IMG/VR virus record: IMGVR_UViG_3300021256_000062
Span: 64,001 to 128,000 of that record
Length of the DNA: 64,000 nt
Strand: one strand, 5' to 3'
From: a virus
Taxonomy: Duplodnaviria; Caudoviricetes
Every line of letters begins with the position of its first letter. The first letter of the stretch is position 1. The notes under the pieces were generated by a model that did no database searches, was not told where the DNA came from, and worked only from the letters and a program-made list of their open reading frames with translations. Positions 59,912 through 64,000 of the stretch are shown piece after piece. The position numbers and the translations under genes are program-made.

Positions 59912-61444
59912 CTATAATAAATTTTTTAATTCTTCTAAACCAGAAACATCATCAGCTAAAGATGGTTCTTCATACTGACTTTCTTTTGATTCAGTAATTC
60001 TTACTCTTGGTTTCTTACCAACGTTAAATGGTAATTTACCTATACGTAAGTTATATTGTTGTAAACTTTCACATATCTTATCAATGTCATCAAGTGTAAA
60101 ATCATCTTCTAATCTATTTTTAATTTCACTAGAACTGATTCCCAACATTGTTGCCTTTGAATTAATATATTTGTTTACTACTGATTTAATATCATTCTTG
60201 TATTTTTCAGTCAATTTACGACTCTTATTTAAAGATGATTCTAATTCAGCACATTTCTTATTATTAATTTCAGATTGTTCTAATTTTTCCTTTAAGGATT
60301 TAATTTCATTTTGAGCATTTTTTAATGATTCATTTAAGGTATTAATCTTACTATCTCTACTAGTTGTAGATTCAGTTAATGTCTTATTTGATTTAACACT
60401 CTCATTTAATTTCTTTCTTAAAATACTAATGTTAGAATTTTTCCCAATTAATTCAATATCCTTTTGTTTTAGTTGTTCTTGTAAAGATTGATTCTCTTGT
60501 TTCAAGTTTTTACTTTCAGATAACTTAGCACTCAAACGAACTGATGTCTTTTTGTATCTATCAAGTTCTTCTTCTAAACTATTAACTTTAGTATTACTAA
60601 CTGCCAATTGTTCTTGAAGTTCTTGTACTTGTTTTTCTAAAGCCACTCTACTTCTTAAAGATTCAGTTAAACTCTTAACTAATGATTTAGAATCAACATC
60701 ATTGACTTCCTTATCTTGGTTAACAGTCTCTTTAGTATCTTCAACTTTTTTATTTATATTATCACTCTCTTGAGTGTTAATATCTTCATTTAATTTCTTT
60801 TCTACTGCTTTAATTGTATTTTTCATTGATTCCTTAACTGAAGAATCTGCATCATCTACTAATTTAGCAAGTGATTCTCTTAAAGATTTACCATTTAATG
60901 ATTCTTTAACATATTTCATTCTTGCCTTTTTAACAGCTGGTAAAATTACAGCATCCCAACAAGTTAAATCAAATGTATCAGGTTCAACACTTGAGTTGCC
61001 ATCATAATCTTCAGTTACATCTCCATTACCTCTTGAACTAACACCAATTACAGTTCCATAGTCACATAATGTTTTTAGGATACGACCATTAGGTAAGTCT
61101 AGTATATGGAATTCCCCATATAACATACCATCATCACCAATTTTTGGTGTACTTGCTAAACACATACATGCTTCTTGTGGTTTTATCTCTTCTCTATCTG
61201 TAGGGTGTTCTAGTTCACCTAGTACAGCTTTGTTTTGTAATTGTTCTTGGAAGATTGGGTCATTAATTGCTTTCTCCCATGCTTCTCTTGGATATAGTCT
61301 ACCATTTCTAGTTGGCTGTTTAGTATCAGCAATAGGACCATATAATGTACCTAATATTCCTCTTTCTTTTTGTTCTTCTGGAGATAATTTTGTATATTCA
61401 AATTTATTTCCTACAAATGTTTCTAACATTATAATACCTCCCAA
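59912..61444 (-). CDS. prohead protease (gp21-like) fused to a coiled-coil scaffold
   Basis: TRNGRLYP, LGELEHP, PNGRILK, IGVSSRGNG, WDAVILPA; long coiled-coil C-terminus rich in LxE. Confidence 0.9.
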   Translation of the reverse strand: MGGIIMLETFVGNKFEYTKLSPEEQKERGILGTLYGPIADTKQPTRNGRLYPREAWEKAINDPIFQEQLQNKAVLGELEHPTDREEIKPQEACMCLASTPKIGDDGMLYGEFHILDLPNGRILKTLCDYGTVIGVSSRGNGDVTEDYDGNSSVEPDTFDLTCWDAVILPAVKKARMKYVKESLNGKSLRESLAKLVDDADSSVKESMKNTIKAVEKKLNEDINTQESDNINKKVEDTKETVNQDKEVNDVDSKSLVKSLTESLRSRVALEKQVQELQEQLAVSNTKVNSLEEELDRYKKTSVRLSAKLSESKNLKQENQSLQEQLKQKDIELIGKNSNISILRKKLNESVKSNKTLTESTTSRDSKINTLNESLKNAQNEIKSLKEKLEQSEINNKKCAELESSLNKSRKLTEKYKNDIKSVVNKYINSKATMLGISSSEIKNRLEDDFTLDDIDKICESLQQYNLRIGKLPFNVGKKPRVRITESKESQYEEPSLADDVSGLEELKNLL

Positions 61445-61486
61445 ATTGGTTGTGTATATAACTATATCACTGAATTAGTTACTCTA

Positions 61487-61503
61487 ATTCATTTAATTTA
61501 GCT
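61487..61503 (-). promoter_or_regulatory. putative late promoter variant
   Basis: AGCTAAATTAAATG upstream of protease and capsid genes. Confidence 0.5.
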
Positions 61504-61545
61504 ATATTATTTTTTTAAAAAATTTTAAATTTTTCACAGTTTTCA

Positions 61546-62001
61546 CTATTTTATTTGTTCTAGTGCCTTTAAATCAGCCTTAATTAATCTTAATAATTCC
61601 ATACATTTAGTAATATCATATGTTGTAAAGTAATTATTAAGTACTTTTGTAATATCACTTGCTCTAGAATGTTTTAAGAATAATGTTTTATTATCATCTA
61701 ACTTTTTAGCAAATAAAAGAATCTGAGTTAGTAACGCAGACAAGGTAGTTAATACCTCATCTGGTTTCTCTATCTCTTTAACTATATTAATATAAATATT
61801 TGATTTTTTCTTGTTGTAATTTTTTCTTAATAGTTCATAGAAATTTAATACTTCTAATGGTCTATTTTTATTAATAAATTTTAATACACTTAAATCCACA
61901 TTGGATTTACTTGCAACTTTTTCAATTAATTCTCCTGCTTCACTATTTCCTTGTTCTTCTAGTTCTGCAAGTAATAATATGCAATCAGTATTTGTAATCA
62001 T
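61546..62001 (-). CDS. hypothetical head-module protein
   Basis: GAAAGG RBS; lies between portal and protease. Confidence 0.7.
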   Translation of the reverse strand: MITNTDCILLLAELEEQGNSEAGELIEKVASKSNVDLSVLKFINKNRPLEVLNFYELLRKNYNKKKSNIYINIVKEIEKPDEVLTTLSALLTQILLFAKKLDDNKTLFLKHSRASDITKVLNNYFTTYDITKCMELLRLIKADLKALEQIK

Positions 62002-62027
62002 AAAATTATCCTTTCATTAAATCAATC

Positions 62028-63911
62028 TTAAACTTCTTGGTTATTATAATCTACACCAAGTTCAGCGAATGATGGAAGATAGTCTTCTCCACCTTGAGAT
62101 TGTTCTATTTCAACTTGTCCTTCTTCCCCTGTAGGTTCTTGTTCTTGTGGTTCTTCTCCACCTAATCCTAGTTCTTGACCTATATCAGCCATTGGAGAGT
62201 TTCCACCAGAAGGACCTCTTCCACTTGGACCACTTGGACTTTCATTTCCACCTTGTGGATTTGGTTGTTGTGGTTGTTGTTTTTCTTGTTCTTCAACATA
62301 CTCAATTTCATCTTGGATATATTGAATAACATCAGGACTGTTAGTGATATCTTGCATTAAAACTTTAACGATTTTTAATCTTGTAGATTTTCTATCAATA
62401 TCTCCTAATACATCCATAGTATCTCTTAACATACCAAGTGCATTTGTTTGTGCTTCTCTTCTATCAATTTCTTCCTTTGTAACTGGAGCTTGCATTCTTA
62501 ATGTAAAGTTATTTACATAAGATAATAATCCTCTATCAATTAAAAGGATGTTAATTAAATCTCTAGTCATTGATATAAATGCTTGTTGAATTCTTTTAAT
62601 TCTCTTAGCATATTTAGCTGAAATTAATGTTAATGATGTACCACCATTGAATCCTGTTTGGTCATCAGTAAATCCTACATATGACTTTGGAATACCTGTT
62701 GATGAGAAGAATCTATCTCTAAAGTATTCAAGGTCTGTTAATTGTTTAGGGTCATATTCTCCACCTACATTTGATACTGATAAATTACCAATTGTTCCAT
62801 GTGTAGGTACATAAATATTATTCTCTACAGGTCCTGGATTTGTATAGTTACCACTAGATATTCCAGTATCTATAGATGTCTTTTGTTCCATCATTGATTT
62901 AATACCTTGTAAATGGTTTGCAATCATTTCTTTAGGCATATCACCGACTTCTACTTGAATTACCCTAATTAAACTTGATTTAGTTAATCTTGTTAAAATA
63001 ATTGCATTCTCTAGAAGTGTCATTTCTCTCCAAGATTTGAACCAATCATATAACAAAGATTTACCTCTTTTAACATCATAAGAATGAGAATTAGTACCAG
63101 TCTTATAATCATCATCATTATCAAATAAATCTACAGTTTCTTTAGTTCTTCCTGTATCATCAAATAGATATCCATGTACATAATCAGTTGCACTAAATAC
63201 ATTGATATCTCCTTTAGCTACTTTATAGTTTTGAATAAAGTTATATTCAGTTTGATTATAATCATTTACATTTAAGGTATTAAATACATTATATGGAGCA
63301 TTAATATATCCTTGTGTTTTACCCTTACTAGTAAGTTCAAACATCTCAGCAGGATTTGATACTTTCTCTACGAAATTAACATAATGTTCACTTTTATCTT
63401 CAATGTGTAAAATAACATCTTCATGTAATCTACTCTTCTTATTTATAGCGTCATTGTCAAATATACTACTTTCTTCATATTCACTTTCTTTAAATAGTTT
63501 TAGATATAAGTCACCATATTTGATTAATGAGTTAACCCATCCATATGCATTTTCATTTATTTGTAAAGTAGATAATAAGAATGTAACATATTTTACTACA
63601 TCCGCATCTTCTGATTCTACCCACATTACATTTCCATCTGGGTTAGTTTCAGTAGCATCTTCAGCATATGACTCAATGATAGATGCCACAGTACCATCTT
63701 GTGACATCATATCAATTAATCTATATACATTCTCTCTATTTTGTGCTACTGATAGGAAATTCTCTAATTCACTTAAATTAAGAGTATCATTGATTGCTGC
63801 ATTAACAATATTTTCAGCAAAATGCCCTTCAGTATCCATTCCTACATTTACAGGTTCTTTAGGCACTGCTGTTATTTTCTTACCTACTAAATCATTTTCT
63901 TTATTTTCCAT
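62028..63911 (-). CDS. portal protein (T4 gp20-like)
   Basis: GKSLL..W..LLENAIILTRL..RVIQVEVGDMP; DLEYFRDRFFSSTGIPKS. Confidence 0.9.
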   Translation of the reverse strand: MENKENDLVGKKITAVPKEPVNVGMDTEGHFAENIVNAAINDTLNLSELENFLSVAQNRENVYRLIDMMSQDGTVASIIESYAEDATETNPDGNVMWVESEDADVVKYVTFLLSTLQINENAYGWVNSLIKYGDLYLKLFKESEYEESSIFDNDAINKKSRLHEDVILHIEDKSEHYVNFVEKVSNPAEMFELTSKGKTQGYINAPYNVFNTLNVNDYNQTEYNFIQNYKVAKGDINVFSATDYVHGYLFDDTGRTKETVDLFDNDDDYKTGTNSHSYDVKRGKSLLYDWFKSWREMTLLENAIILTRLTKSSLIRVIQVEVGDMPKEMIANHLQGIKSMMEQKTSIDTGISSGNYTNPGPVENNIYVPTHGTIGNLSVSNVGGEYDPKQLTDLEYFRDRFFSSTGIPKSYVGFTDDQTGFNGGTSLTLISAKYAKRIKRIQQAFISMTRDLINILLIDRGLLSYVNNFTLRMQAPVTKEEIDRREAQTNALGMLRDTMDVLGDIDRKSTRLKIVKVLMQDITNSPDVIQYIQDEIEYVEEQEKQQPQQPNPQGGNESPSGPSGRGPSGGNSPMADIGQELGLGGEEPQEQEPTGEEGQVEIEQSQGGEDYLPSFAELGVDYNNQEV

Positions 63912-63921
63912 TATTATTCTC

Positions 63922-64000
63922 CTACCAAACCATTATTCCATTTTTAACATTCATATAGTTCTTTGCAGCTTCTAACCTATCTTGTTTAGTAACTTCTTTT
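63922..64000 (-). CDS. 3' end of the upstream gene, probably terminase large subunit
   Basis: Open frame ...NVKNGIMVW* directly before the portal; identity from synteny only. Confidence 0.4.
   Translation of the reverse strand, partial: KEVTKQDRLEAAKNYMNVKNGIMVW

Overview
This very AT-rich 64-kb window comes from a large, distantly T4-like myovirus genome. Essentially every gene is on the minus strand and read in the standard genetic code. In transcription order (right to left) it contains: the end of a probable terminase gene, portal, prohead protease/scaffold and major capsid protein; a glycosyltransferase/asparagine-synthase-like/ThyX-like/GrcA/Arr-like accessory block; two giant acidic modular proteins; a ~1.2-kb structured non-coding region; a DUF2828 (TROVE-like + vWA) gene; an ~6-kb RNA island with 26 canonical tRNAs (all 20 amino acids), tmRNA and many non-canonical tRNA-like RNAs; neck genes with two more giant acidic proteins; sheath, tube, chaperones, tape measure, baseplate and fibres; then small early genes. 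The strongest candidate for an undescribed system is a family of seven RNAs tied to DUF2828. They share a covarying closing stem plus a WWACHGCAA bulge, and each carries a different cargo: a whole tRNA, an isolated anticodon stem-loop, a circularly permuted tRNA, or (in the DUF2828 leader copy) no recognisable tRNA part. This resembles a Ro60/Y-RNA-like tRNA decoy or repair system. Other notable items are putative protease-cleaved head polyproteins, a giant ncRNA, an anti-Shine-Dalgarno hairpin RNA and two candidate frameshifts. All calls were made by eye from the sequence; no database searches were run.
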